Below, piece by piece: positions 32,543 to 43,874 of a stretch of DNA of 64,000 nucleotides (the first letter of the stretch is position 1; each line of letters begins with the position of its first letter). The position numbers and the translations under genes are program-made. The notes below the pieces were generated by a model that had not been told where the DNA came from, did not search any database, and was given only the letters and a program-made list of their open reading frames with translations. Source of the DNA: Bacteroidota bacterium (GTDB lineage Bacteria; Bacteroidota; Bacteroidia; Bacteroidales; VadinHA17); the NCBI GenBank assembly GCA_012729475.1, contig JAAYDB010000003.1, forward strand, positions 472 through 64,471, read 5' to 3'.

Positions 32543-33640
32543 TTGAAGAAAATTCTTTATATAACAGCATTTGTTCCCTCCCGTAGTGGTGCCGGAGAAA
32601 ACTTTTCTCTTCATCTTATTGATGATTTATCACGGAACAATTCTGTTGACCTTGTATATTTTAAATATTCGAATAATAAAAATTACATAACAGAATCACC
32701 TAATGTCAGTGTTATATGGATCTTTAAGAATTCAACTTTTATTAAACTTCTGAATTATTTGATGTGTCCGTTTCTGTTTCCTCTTTTTGTGGTGAGATTC
32801 AACCTTGGAAGACTTCTCATACTAAAGAAGATTATAAGGAACAAAAGTTATGATCTGGTTTTGTTTGATTTCAGTCAAACCTTTTTATTTTCAAAGTTCC
32901 TTGACCACCCAAATAAAGTACTGATTTCACATGATGTTATTGCCCAACGTTACTCACGTATCTATGCGGGTGTATTTATGCCTTTTGTAAGATTATCTGA
33001 AAGATTAGTAATAAAGAATAGAAACAATAAAGTATTTACCTTCAGTCAAAAGGATAAACATTTATTAAAAAATTTATATTTAGTGGATTCAGAGGTTACC
33101 TGTCTGTATATTGATGATATTGTAATAAAATCCAGACCAAAGAATATTGGTAATTATTATGTTTTTTTTGCAAATTGGAAAAGAAGGGATAACCTGTCAG
33201 GATTGAAATGGTTTATAAAATATGTACTTCCTGAAGTAAAGAATGATATAGAATTCAAGATTGTAGGATGTGGTCTACAGAATAGTGTTCGTGAATTATT
33301 ATTGGAATATCCGAATGTTGAATACCTTGGATTTATTGATGATCCTTACCAACTTATATCTAATTCAAGAGCATTATTATCTCCCCTGTTTACAGGTGCA
33401 GGTGTGAAAGTAAAAGTCTTGGAATCACTTGCATCAGGAACACATGTAATAGGCACTGAGATTTCATTTGAGGGTATTCCGAGTGAATTTGAAGATTTTA
33501 TGTTAGTGGCAAATTATGCTGAATATTTTATTTCATTAATTAATAATTTTCAGATTGACTTAAATGAAAAAATAAACCTGAAAAAAATATTTATGAAAAA
33601 TTATAACCAGCATACTTTAAGTGAATATATAAACTCATAA
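32543..33640 (+). CDS. Glycosyltransferase family 4
   Basis: TTG start; C-terminal 'GAGVKVKVLESLASG' motif. Confidence 0.8.
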   Translation: MKKILYITAFVPSRSGAGENFSLHLIDDLSRNNSVDLVYFKYSNNKNYITESPNVSVIWIFKNSTFIKLLNYLMCPFLFPLFVVRFNLGRLLILKKIIRNKSYDLVLFDFSQTFLFSKFLDHPNKVLISHDVIAQRYSRIYAGVFMPFVRLSERLVIKNRNNKVFTFSQKDKHLLKNLYLVDSEVTCLYIDDIVIKSRPKNIGNYYVFFANWKRRDNLSGLKWFIKYVLPEVKNDIEFKIVGCGLQNSVRELLLEYPNVEYLGFIDDPYQLISNSRALLSPLFTGAGVKVKVLESLASGTHVIGTEISFEGIPSEFEDFMLVANYAEYFISLINNFQIDLNEKINLKKIFMKNYNQHTLSEYINS

Positions 33641-33701
33641 GGTTTAAGCGGGATAAACCTATAAATCTGAAAAGTGAGATTTAGTAAATGGGAAAATCTG
33701 T

Positions 33702-34499
33702 ATGGACAAAAAAATAGTGTCAATTATTATTCTTGAATATTTTTCAGTACAAGACGTTAAACGATGTATTTCTTCGATAAGAAGCAGTATCGAAACCTTG
33801 CAACATGAAATTATTGTATCTTCAAATTCATGTTATAGCATTGACAAGCAAAATAAGATAATTAATACATTTAAGGATGTAAAGTGGTTGTTTAACGAGA
33901 AAAACGGTGGGTTTGCCTATGGAATGAATAAGGGACTGGCTGAAGCATCAGGTCGTTATTTGCTAATAATCAATTCAGACGTTATTATACAAAATGGATT
34001 TAGAGGAATGATTGAATTCATGGAAGCCAATCCTGGGATAGGAGCAATCGGACCACAGATGATTGATGATTTCGGTTTAATTCAGGATACCTGCAGACCG
34101 TATGTGACGCTTCCGGGATTTGTGAGTCGCCAGACACGAAGACTTATTACGCGGGAGATTTCAGTTATGACTAAAAATTTTAATTATTCAATGATCCAGA
34201 CTGTTGACTGGCTTGCAGGTGCTTGTATTATGATTCCTTACTCTGTATTTAGTCTTACAGGGGGATTTTCTACAGATTATTTTATGTATGCTGAAGACAT
34301 GGACTTATGTACCAGGATCAGGCAATATGGCTATGAAGTTGTATTTTACCCGAAAATGCAAGTAATATATAAGGGGTCTCGTCAGGCAAGAAAATTGAAC
34401 AAATTTACCCGGATGTTTATTAAAAGCCATTTTAAATATTGGATGAAATTTGGCTTTTTCTCAGGTTATCCAAAAAGAGAGGACCATAAATATGAATGA
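33702..34499 (+). CDS. Glycosyltransferase family 2
   Basis: 'NGGFAYGMN', 'INSD', 'DWLAGAC' and 'YAEDMD' motifs. Confidence 0.88.
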   Translation: MDKKIVSIIILEYFSVQDVKRCISSIRSSIETLQHEIIVSSNSCYSIDKQNKIINTFKDVKWLFNEKNGGFAYGMNKGLAEASGRYLLIINSDVIIQNGFRGMIEFMEANPGIGAIGPQMIDDFGLIQDTCRPYVTLPGFVSRQTRRLITREISVMTKNFNYSMIQTVDWLAGACIMIPYSVFSLTGGFSTDYFMYAEDMDLCTRIRQYGYEVVFYPKMQVIYKGSRQARKLNKFTRMFIKSHFKYWMKFGFFSGYPKREDHKYE

Positions 34500-35694
34500 T
34501 ATGGTTCTTGATAGTATAAGGTATTCAGTACCCTATATTTTCTTAATAGGGTATTTTATTCTGCTATTTATATTAGAAAATGTTGTAAATAAACAGGATC
34601 TCAAAAAGAATTCAAATAAACTGATAATACAACTGGCGGCAGGAACGGGTCTGCTTCTCTTTTTTGGGTTCAGAGGTTTTGTTGGTTGGGACTGGACAAT
34701 TTATTATCCAACTTTTCAAAATGTTCAGTCTTTGTTTCAACTTGATAAAACTGTTTTTGCAGAGACACGTTATGAACCGGCTTTTGTGACCTGGATTTCT
34801 GTTTTTAAACTCTTTTCAGGTAACTATCATTTTTTTATTTTCATAAATACCTTTATTGATATTATAATTCTCCTTGCATTTTTCAGACAATTCTCAAAAG
34901 AAAATTATGCACTATCATTTCTTATGTTTATTGTTATGGGAGGATTCTATTTCGAAACAGATCTTCTCAGAAATGCAAAAAGCATTATGCTTTTCTTGCT
35001 ATCTCTTAAATATTTGAGAAACAGGAGTATAATCACTTATATAGTGATTAATGTTCTGGGCTGCATGTTTCATTTTAGTTCTTTGTTATATATACCATTA
35101 TATTTCGTTCTTCACAAACAATGGTCAAGAACTCTCATATTTTTTATTTTCCTGATCGGTATTGCAATATATTTATTGCAAGTAGAATATATAAGACCTT
35201 TTATCATCTGGGTAGCAAACCTGATGGGTGAAAAACCTTTAGAAATAGTAAACAAGTACCTTAGTAATGAACTTTATTCATCAGGATATGGTCTGAGTAT
35301 TGGATTTATTGAAAGGGTATTTACATGTCTGATGATACTAATTTATTACAAGAAACTTATAAAAATTAGTAAGGATAATATTATTTTCATTAACAGTTTC
35401 GTGCTTTTTTTCATATTCTTCTTTTATTTCTCTGAAGTTAAAATAATACCTGTAAGAGTCGCAGGCTTGTTCTATTTTTCATACTGGATATTATATCCGG
35501 TACTATTATCTGTAATCAGATTAAGAAATAACCGTGCACTATTTCTCGTTTTTATTTTTGTTTATTCATTTGCTAAAATTATAAGTATGACTGATGCTAT
35601 TTTATATAAATACAAATCGGTACTTTTTAGAAAAGAAATTTATGAAGAACGTTTAAAGATATTTGAATCTACAAAAGATTATTTTTTAAGGTGA
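34492..35694 (+). CDS. EpsG family polysaccharide polymerase (Wzy-like)
   Basis: 'GFRGFVGWDWTIY', 'YEP' and 'FHFSS' motifs; multi-TM. Confidence 0.8.
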   Translation: MNDMVLDSIRYSVPYIFLIGYFILLFILENVVNKQDLKKNSNKLIIQLAAGTGLLLFFGFRGFVGWDWTIYYPTFQNVQSLFQLDKTVFAETRYEPAFVTWISVFKLFSGNYHFFIFINTFIDIIILLAFFRQFSKENYALSFLMFIVMGGFYFETDLLRNAKSIMLFLLSLKYLRNRSIITYIVINVLGCMFHFSSLLYIPLYFVLHKQWSRTLIFFIFLIGIAIYLLQVEYIRPFIIWVANLMGEKPLEIVNKYLSNELYSSGYGLSIGFIERVFTCLMILIYYKKLIKISKDNIIFINSFVLFFIFFFYFSEVKIIPVRVAGLFYFSYWILYPVLLSVIRLRNNRALFLVFIFVYSFAKIISMTDAILYKYKSVLFRKEIYEERLKIFESTKDYFLR

Positions 35695-35709
35695 TATTTT
35701 ATCAGAACT

Positions 35710-36990
35710 ATGCAATTGGAAACAAACAGATCATCAATATATTTTAAGGCAGGCCGCGTAGGTGTTATAAGTCTTTTTTGCACTTTTTTTCTGCTCTCTT
35801 TTCCGCGATCATGGTCCTTGTATCCACTTGGCCTTTTTTTATTTTGCGGTCTCTTATTATGGATATCAGACTTCAGATTAATCTGTAGTAAATTATTGGG
35901 CCTTTGGTTTTTTATATTACCTCCGGTCCTGTATTTCCTGATACACCTGCTTAGTGTAATTTTACAGAATGCTGAACTAAATATCCTAACGAACAGACTT
36001 ATGTTCATTCTGATTCCTTTATTGGGCTTCCCGGTCTTTATTCATGATACCTTTAAAAAAAACTCTGAATATTCTTTAAAAATATTTATTGCTGGATTAT
36101 TTATAGTTTCAGTATTTTTAATAACTAGAATCATAATAATTAGTATTATTGGTGCTGGGCAAGGATCAATTTTGGATTTTGTAAAGAATAATAATGAAGA
36201 TTTATTTTCTCTGGGCTTTTCTATTCTTGAGCACCCTACCTACATGTCATTAAAAGTAAATTTTACCATTTTGCTTTTGTTATTGTTTAAGAATAAATGG
36301 CAGCTAAAAAATATATATTTCATATCATCACTTATCGTTTTGTCAGTGGTGATATTTTTACTGGCTTCAAAAGCAGGTATAATAGTATTTATGATCATTG
36401 TCATTTCTGTTATGATCAGAATAGCTTCAACCGGAGCCAAGAAGATAATCACTTATTTGTTGTTGATCCCAACCTTTATTTTTCTTTCATTTTCAATAGT
36501 TAAAAATATCGACCGGATAGAATGGTTCATTCATTATACTGAACTGGAACTTAAATCCGAAAACGGAGATCTGAAGAAATTCGATCAGCGTATGCGTGAG
36601 TGGTATACTGCAATCCAGCTTATTAAAGAAAAACCTTTCACGGGATTTGGTCTGGCAAATATTGAAAAGAGAATGGTTGAAGAATACCTCAGATATGGAT
36701 TTGAAGAAGAAGCTAAATTAAAAGTGAATGCCCACAATCAATATTTAGAAGCACAAGTGACTTTTGGAATAGCTGGCAGTATATCTTTGCTCATGATGCT
36801 TCTGATACCACTCATTTACAGAAAGCAAATAAGATATCCCCGACTGATGACAATTTTTATAGTCATGGTATCGTTCTTTCTTTTGTTTGAATCAATGTTC
36901 AACAGACAATGGGGAATAATGTTCTTTTTACTTTTCTATTGTATATTATGTTTAGGTGAAAAATATGTTAATATTAAAGCATTTAAATAA
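35710..36990 (+). CDS. O-antigen ligase family protein (WaaL/Wzy_C)
   Basis: 'HPTY', 'SKAG', 'PFTGFG' and 'NAHNQY' motifs; multi-TM. Confidence 0.82.
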   Translation: MQLETNRSSIYFKAGRVGVISLFCTFFLLSFPRSWSLYPLGLFLFCGLLLWISDFRLICSKLLGLWFFILPPVLYFLIHLLSVILQNAELNILTNRLMFILIPLLGFPVFIHDTFKKNSEYSLKIFIAGLFIVSVFLITRIIIISIIGAGQGSILDFVKNNNEDLFSLGFSILEHPTYMSLKVNFTILLLLLFKNKWQLKNIYFISSLIVLSVVIFLLASKAGIIVFMIIVISVMIRIASTGAKKIITYLLLIPTFIFLSFSIVKNIDRIEWFIHYTELELKSENGDLKKFDQRMREWYTAIQLIKEKPFTGFGLANIEKRMVEEYLRYGFEEEAKLKVNAHNQYLEAQVTFGIAGSISLLMMLLIPLIYRKQIRYPRLMTIFIVMVSFFLLFESMFNRQWGIMFFLLFYCILCLGEKYVNIKAFK

Positions 36991-37051
36991 ATATTTCCGA
37001 ACAGAAGATTAGTATTTTAACTAATCCATATTTAATGTCTAAATTTCAATC

Positions 37052-38164
37052 ATGTCATATGCTTCATTGATATCGGATTTTCAACCGTTTTGGATAATTA
37101 TTTTTGCGGGATTTTTGACTTCATTCGTGATCACATTTTTTGGGATACCTTCTTTAGTCAGAATTGCCAGAATAAAAGGCTTGCTGGATCTGCCAGGAAC
37201 CAGGAAATCGCACTCAGCGCCAACTCCCCGGCTGGGTGGGACAATGATTTTCGCAGGAGTAATTATTGCTTCTCTTCTTTTTACCGGAATTTCTTGTGCT
37301 ACAAGCCTGAGATTTATTGTTGCAGGATTATTAATACTATTTTTCGTCGGACTGAAAGACGATATTGTAGCCCTGGTCGCTTATAAAAAACTGACAGGAC
37401 AAATCATTGCAGCCTTAATACTTGTTATCCCCGGAAATATAAGACTGACATTCAACAGCATGAGTCAGAGCCCCGAATATTTGTCAACCTTTGTCAGTAT
37501 AGCAGTATCTGCTGCCATTATATTATTACTAATTAACAGCTTTAACTTAATTGATGGTATAGACGGACTTGCATCAGGAGTGGGGATGATTGGATCAGTA
37601 GCATTCGGAGTATGGTTCATTCTGAATAATGAAATTTCTTTGGCTGTCCTGGCTTTTTCACTGTTAGGTTCACTGGCAGCTTTTTTCTGGTACAATGTTT
37701 TCAGTAAAAAGTATAAGATTTTTTTGGGAGATACAGGATCTATGATAACAGGTTTCCTGCTGGCATTCTTCCTGATAAGATTTCTGGAAATAAATCTACA
37801 TAACACTCCTATAAAACCTGCAGAAGTTATTCCGGCCATTTCACTTGCAATTTTCATTATACCTGTCTTTGATCTTTTCAGAATAGTATTTGTAAGGATA
37901 ATAAAACACAAATCACCTTTTTCCGGGGATAATAATCATATTCATCACAAAATTCTTATCCTGGCCGGGTCACATCTGAAAGCAACCATTATAATCCTTT
38001 CTGTTAATGTCGCAATGATAGCTATAGTCTGGATACTGAGAGCGCTGGGGAATGCAATACTTATTGCATTCCTTCTTTCAATATGCCTTATCCTTTTACT
38101 GATAATCCATTATTGCTGTAATATTAAGAATGGTAATGGTAATAAAATAATACCAGAGGGCTGA
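37052..38164 (+). CDS. Undecaprenyl-phosphate GlcNAc-1-phosphate transferase (WecA/MraY family)
   Basis: 'RKSH', 'GLKDD', 'NLIDGIDG', 'FLGDTGS' and 'HIHH' motifs. Confidence 0.9.
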   Translation: MSYASLISDFQPFWIIIFAGFLTSFVITFFGIPSLVRIARIKGLLDLPGTRKSHSAPTPRLGGTMIFAGVIIASLLFTGISCATSLRFIVAGLLILFFVGLKDDIVALVAYKKLTGQIIAALILVIPGNIRLTFNSMSQSPEYLSTFVSIAVSAAIILLLINSFNLIDGIDGLASGVGMIGSVAFGVWFILNNEISLAVLAFSLLGSLAAFFWYNVFSKKYKIFLGDTGSMITGFLLAFFLIRFLEINLHNTPIKPAEVIPAISLAIFIIPVFDLFRIVFVRIIKHKSPFSGDNNHIHHKILILAGSHLKATIIILSVNVAMIAIVWILRALGNAILIAFLLSICLILLLIIHYCCNIKNGNGNKIIPEG

Positions 38165-38183
38165 AATATCTTTTTCTGACAGC

Positions 38184-39170
38184 TTAATATTTCTTATAAA
38201 CTTCCTGTAGTTTTTTTCTGTTATCTATGAAAAGTAATATGATAACAGCTAATATAAAGAAACATGGAATCATTATTCTACCGTAATATAGAACACCATT
38301 TTCAGCTTTTGAGGGAGGGGTAAAATCGCTGAGAAGTGTTATAAGACCTGCATGTATGGTTTTTATCCTTTCAATTTCCTGTCTCTTCTCAATCAGTTCA
38401 TATATGTCTTCATGAAGTAACTGAGTTTCATAATCCTGAAGGAATATCATCTGCCCACCTTCTCCCGGTATCAGTTTCCTTGTTTCTTCAAAATATTTTA
38501 CTTTCTGAAGACTATCCAATTGCTCAACCTCATAATCAATGCGCTTAAGCAAAACTTCAGCCTGACTAAGTCTGAGCTCATTCTGAGCCTGATAGAACTG
38601 GTTTTTTTCAATATATTTAACTATTCCGTCACGAATAACTGATAGCTCCTGCGGTATGGTCGTCTTCACCCTTATAAGAAAACGGTCTCTCATACGGACA
38701 TTAACTGTATCAAGAACATTGTGTCTGTTTTTAAAATCCACATAATCAGGAATAAGATCTGATCCGCGGTCTATTATCCAGAAAGCTTCTATATCTTTGA
38801 TATTAATTATTCCGGATCTGGGCACAGATAGGGCAGATGCAAGTTCGTCAAAGTTTTTTCCCTCACAGAATGTATGAAGCTTGTTAATGTAACTTATCAT
38901 TTCATCATTTGGAATAGCATTGCTCCTGAAGATAATATCTGAAGAATATAATCTCTCAGTTGATAATTTTAGGGAAAATGACAGGGCAACTCCAACTAAA
39001 AGGCTCATTGTCAGCCAAAACCATTTTTTCACAAGAAAAAAGAATACGATAAGAAAACCTTTACCTATGGCTTTAGATCCTCTTCTAATGCTTTTCCCTA
39101 AGCGGTACATCAGATCAAGAAGATCAATTTCATTGTCAACCTTATCTGTTGATCCTGTTTTTTTTGACAT
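38184..39170 (-). CDS. Chain-length-determinant-like (Wzz-like) protein
   Basis: 'EIDLLDL' N-terminus; two TM segments flanking a periplasmic coiled coil; adjacent to the polysaccharide cluster. Confidence 0.65.
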   Translation of the reverse strand: MSKKTGSTDKVDNEIDLLDLMYRLGKSIRRGSKAIGKGFLIVFFFLVKKWFWLTMSLLVGVALSFSLKLSTERLYSSDIIFRSNAIPNDEMISYINKLHTFCEGKNFDELASALSVPRSGIINIKDIEAFWIIDRGSDLIPDYVDFKNRHNVLDTVNVRMRDRFLIRVKTTIPQELSVIRDGIVKYIEKNQFYQAQNELRLSQAEVLLKRIDYEVEQLDSLQKVKYFEETRKLIPGEGGQMIFLQDYETQLLHEDIYELIEKRQEIERIKTIHAGLITLLSDFTPPSKAENGVLYYGRIMIPCFFILAVIILLFIDNRKKLQEVYKKY

Positions 39171-39235
39171 GAGTGTTTGAATGAATATAATGAAAAACAA
39201 ATTTATAAATAATAGTAAATAATACAATTACAATT

Positions 39236-40114
39236 TTAAATCATCTGTATGATATTTTTGCCCAGCTCCATTATCAGAGGTTTGTAATCATCAATAAATT
39301 CACCGGTAACCCTGTTTGCAATAACACTGCAAACAGTGATCGCTTTATGTCCGAGAAGAGCTGCCAGTCCGTAAATAGCAGAACTCTCCATCTCATAATT
39401 GCATATAACTCTTCCCCTGTAGTTAAACTCCGACAATTTTTTGTTTAGTTCATTGTCGAAAGGGTCTAAGCGCAAATATCTTCCCTGTGGGCCATAAAAA
39501 CCTGGGGCGGAGATAGAAATTCCTTTTAAAAAATTATCAGATAAAAACAAATCTGTGAGATCTTTATGGGCATTCACAGCATAAGGATAGGGAAGAGTGT
39601 CAGGCCATTCCATGTATTCTGTCAGAACATCGGCTAATAAGGTGTCCAGTATCCAGTCATACCCGGAATAAAAGTGCAATAATCCGTCAAAACCCACAGC
39701 TGTTTCTGTCATGACAAATGATCCTGCAGGAACATCCTTGCGTAATCCTCCTGAAGTTCCCAGTCTTATCAGGTTAAGTGATGTCAGATCTTCTTTTGGT
39801 AAGCCTGTCATAAGGTCAATATTAACCAGAGCATCAAGCTCATTAAGAACAATGTCTATATTGTCTGTCCCTATTCCGGATGAGATAATTGTTATTTCAC
39901 TGCTGCCATAGAAACCTGTAACAGTTTTGAATTCTCTGTTTTCCTTTTTTACTCTGACATCATGAAGAAGCACAGAAAGCATATCAACACGGCCGGGATC
40001 ACCAACAATTATGATATTCTCAGATATATCTTCAGGAAGCAGGTTCAGGTGGTATATACTGCCATCTTTGTTGGTTATCAGTTCTGTTCTTTTTTGCATA
40101 AAGTAAATTTTCAC
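39236..40114 (-). CDS. Nucleoside (uridine-type) phosphorylase
   Basis: 'VGDPGRV', 'GIGTDN', 'RLGTSG', 'GFYGPQGR' and 'YEME' motifs. Confidence 0.9.
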   Translation of the reverse strand: MKIYFMQKRTELITNKDGSIYHLNLLPEDISENIIIVGDPGRVDMLSVLLHDVRVKKENREFKTVTGFYGSSEITIISSGIGTDNIDIVLNELDALVNIDLMTGLPKEDLTSLNLIRLGTSGGLRKDVPAGSFVMTETAVGFDGLLHFYSGYDWILDTLLADVLTEYMEWPDTLPYPYAVNAHKDLTDLFLSDNFLKGISISAPGFYGPQGRYLRLDPFDNELNKKLSEFNYRGRVICNYEMESSAIYGLAALLGHKAITVCSVIANRVTGEFIDDYKPLIMELGKNIIQMI

Positions 40115-40343
40115 CTAATGTAATGTTTTTTATCTGATGTTAAAACAATCATCGAGACAGATAGTATAACTTTAAATAAGTCAAAAGCTTAATCAGTTAA
40201 AAATTGTTAATTAAAACAGGTTTTATTTCTTCATTTTGAAAGTATACGGACTTTAGAATATCTTTGTCTGGTTTTTAAAAAATGTTGAACAAATCTTAAT
40301 GATAAAGCATAATATTATGCCATATCAAATTTTTACATATGTA

Positions 40344-42871
40344 ATGAGATTCCGCTTATCTGTTTTAATACTGCTCTTCCTGGTAAAAGCTGTTTCAGGA
40401 ACAGCTAGTTTCATTCAGGAAGAGGATAAAAAGCGGATAATAGCCGTCAGAGCTTCTCAACCTCCTGAAATAGATGGTGTTTTGGATGATGAAGCATGGA
40501 GAGATGTCCCTGTGGCAGATAATTTTATTATTTACAGTCCGGATAACGGAAAACCGTCAAACTTTGAAACGCAGGTAAAAATTGTTTATGACGATATTGC
40601 CCTTTATGTTGGGGCATTTATGTATGATCCTTTTCCGGACAGCATTTTTGTTGAATTAGGAGAAAGGGATGGAGACAGGATGATAAATGCTGATAATTTC
40701 AGTATCGAGTTGTGTCCGTATAATGATGGTATAAATGGTTTCAGGTTTAAAGTTACGGCCTCCGGAGTTCAATCTGACAGCAGGATAGAGCAATTTGAAT
40801 TTGGCATGCCTGGGGGAGGACGTCGTGGTGGCGGAGGCGGAATGATGATGGCCGGAGGCGGTGGTTTTGGTTCGCAGGATAACTGGGATGCTGTATGGGA
40901 GAGCGATGTTAAGATAAATGAAAAAGGATGGGTGGCTGAATTTAAAATACCTTATTCAGCTTTACGGTTTCCAAAGGAAGAAATTCAAACATGGGGAATA
41001 AATTTTTGGCGTGAAGTAAGAAGAATTAAAGAGCAGTCTTCCTGGAACTATGTTAACAGAGATATAGGTTCTTCTATCAACCATCTTGGTGAATTATGTG
41101 AGATATGCGAAGTTAAACCTCCTTTAAGACTTTCTGTAACACCTTATATTTCAGGTTATGTTGATAAATATACCGGAAATGATGCTACATTTTCATACAA
41201 TGGTGGCCTTGATATAAAACTGGGTATAACAGAGAGTTTTACGGTTGATGCAACGCTTATACCCGATTTTGGACAGGTTCAGGCTGATGATCAGATACTC
41301 AATCTTACTCCTTTTGAAGTAATGTATAGTGAAAAAAGGCCCTTTTTCATGGAAGGGACTGAACTGTTTGATAAGGGAAGGATCTTTTATTCAAGAAGAA
41401 TAGGGAGTACACCTAAGCTTTTTTATAATGTTTACGATACCCTCGAAGCTAATGAGATAATTGTTGAAAACCCTCCGGAAGCCGGAATGATTAACGCCAC
41501 TAAACTGTCAGGACGTACTCATTTTGGTCTTGGTATAGGAGTTTTGAATGCAATGACTGCAGAAATGAATGCTGTTATTGAGGATACAATTACTGGATCA
41601 TCCCGGACTGTTAAAACACAACCATTCACCAATTATAATATTCTGGTTCTCGATCAGAACCTGGGAAACAGTTCATATGTAAGTCTGATTAATACCAATG
41701 TCCGGAGAAGAGGGCCGAAAGATGAAAATTTCTATACTTCCAATGTTACTGCTACCGATTTTATGATTCGGACAAAAAATAACCTGTATTCAATTTCAGG
41801 AGCTATTGCTCTCAGCCAGAAATATTATGATTCCCGGGATACTGAATTTGGCCATTCATACGATCTCCGTATGGGTAAGACAGGTGGGGCATTTAGAATT
41901 GAATATACCCTGAGTGGGGTTTCTGATACCTACGATCCTAATGATATGGGATACATCCGGAGAAATAATGAGTTCAGCAATGAGTTACAGTTTTCATACA
42001 ACATTAACAGACCAGTATGGAGAATTAACAGCTCCAGAAATAGTTTTCAGGTTGATTATTCCCAGTTATATTCACCCAGAGTGTTCACACGCACACGAAT
42101 AAGCCTTTCTTCTTTTACAATTTTCCGCAATCATTCAAATGTAAACCTACGGTTTCAGTATTCTCCAAAAGGAATGGACGATTATTTCGAACCCAGAGTG
42201 GAAGGATGGTTCTATCACAGCGGGAAAGAAATCCAGACTTCATTTTCCTATGATACAAACAGAGATAAAAAATTCTTTATTGGAACGAATTTTTCTTTGA
42301 CTAAAATATGGTCGGAATATGACCAGAGAAACTATATGCTTTCCTTAAATCCGGGTATTCGTCTGAACAACAGATTGTCCATTAATCACATGTTTTCCTA
42401 TCAATCTCAGTTAAACGATTTCGGCTATGTGAATAATTTTATGAATCAGGAGAAATATTCTTTGGTAAACGGAATAATAAGACATATATGAATACACTTT
42501 CTGCCGGATATATTTTCTCCTCTGAAGCATATCTGTCATTAAGATTACGCCATTACTGGTCGCGTGCAGATTATACCAATGATTATTTTCTCCTGACAGA
42601 AAATGGAGAACTTGATCCCGATACTCCTTATACAGGTATCCATGACAGTAATTTTAACTCCTTTAATGTGGATCTGGTTTATAACTGGCGTTTTGCTCCG
42701 GGTAGCGATATTTCCATTGTATGGAAAAATGCAATATATAGTTATGGCGATATGATTTTTAATAACTTTACTGACAATATAGATTATATGTTCAATTCTC
42801 CACAGAGCAACAGTATCTCTGTTAAGATATTATACTATCTTGATTATCAATATTTAAAGAGAAGAAAATAA
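40344..42871 (+). CDS. CBM9-like/DUF5916 outer-membrane protein, split by a 1-nt frameshift near 42437-42440 (track ORFs 40299-42491 and 42488-42871)
   Basis: 'IDGVLDDEAW', 'IPYSALRF', 'PDFGQVQAD' and 'EKRPFFMEG' motifs; the second ORF supplies the barrel C-terminus 'WRFAPGS...YYLDY'. Confidence 0.8.
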
Positions 42872-42897
42872 GTATCATATAATAATATAAGATCAAC

Positions 42898-43362
42898 ATG
42901 ATACAACGTATTCAATCAGTTTATCTTTTTTTTATTTCAGTGTTTTCGATTCTGTCCCTGACCGGTAATTTTTTTTCTTTTTCAAATGATTCAGGTAAGC
43001 TATTAATTAGTCTATTTCCGGTAAATCCGGAAATTCATGTATCGGGAAGTGTATTTCCGGTATTAATAACATTGACCACTATTTTGCTTATTCTTATCGC
43101 ACTACTGGCACTGATAACTCTGTTTCTTTTCAGAAACAGAAAGATACAGTTAAAACTTACTTTACTACTTATTATTCTTACCGGGATCCTTATTCTTGTA
43201 GTTGTCTCCTTTATGTTTTTATTCTCAACTGCCGGTTTCGCTTCTATCAGCCTATCCATACGTCAGTTATTCCCTCTGATGATGTTTATATTTTCAATAC
43301 TGGGCCACAGAGGTATCAGGAAAGATGAGATGCTTGTAAGGTCATACGAAAGGCTGAGATAG
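42898..43362 (+). CDS. DUF4293 family membrane protein
   Basis: 'MIQRIQSVYL' start and 'IRKDEMLVRSYERLR' end. Confidence 0.88.
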   Translation: MIQRIQSVYLFFISVFSILSLTGNFFSFSNDSGKLLISLFPVNPEIHVSGSVFPVLITLTTILLILIALLALITLFLFRNRKIQLKLTLLLIILTGILILVVVSFMFLFSTAGFASISLSIRQLFPLMMFIFSILGHRGIRKDEMLVRSYERLR

Positions 43363-43402
43363 TAATTTTTGATATAAAGTAAACTTATTATGCAGGAGAC
43401 TT

Positions 43403-43861
43403 TTAAATAATAAACATGTTTTCCTGATCTGTGATTTTTTCACAATAGAGGCATTTTAGGGTCACATTTTTTTTGGATACAACACGGAAGCGTGTCTTAA
43501 CCTGTTCGAAATTTGTTATACATTTGGGATTCATGCATTTAGCAATTCCTGTAATGTAGTCAGGAACCTCCACTACCTTTTTTTCAACGACTTCATAGTC
43601 ATTTATAATATTCAGTTTGGCATCAGGAGCTACCAGGGCAATGCGATTAATATCAGCATTTTCAAAATATTTGTCAGCAATTTTAATAATTGCCTTTTTC
43701 CCAAGCTTTTTGCTCTCCAGGTTTGTTCCAAATGTAATCTGGTGATCAAATTTATCAAGCCCCAGAATATGAATAACTTTGAAGAGATTTTTGGCTGGGA
43801 TGTGATCAATCACTGTCCCGTTTTGGATAGCACTGACGCTTAATTGTTTTGGTTCCTTCAT
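43403..43861 (-). CDS. pyrI: Aspartate carbamoyltransferase regulatory chain
   Basis: 'GTVIDHIP', 'CMNPKCIT' and 'CLYCE' motifs. Confidence 0.95.
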   Translation of the reverse strand: MKEPKQLSVSAIQNGTVIDHIPAKNLFKVIHILGLDKFDHQITFGTNLESKKLGKKAIIKIADKYFENADINRIALVAPDAKLNIINDYEVVEKKVVEVPDYITGIAKCMNPKCITNFEQVKTRFRVVSKKNVTLKCLYCEKITDQENMFII

Positions 43862-43874
43862 TCTGCCGGGAGTA

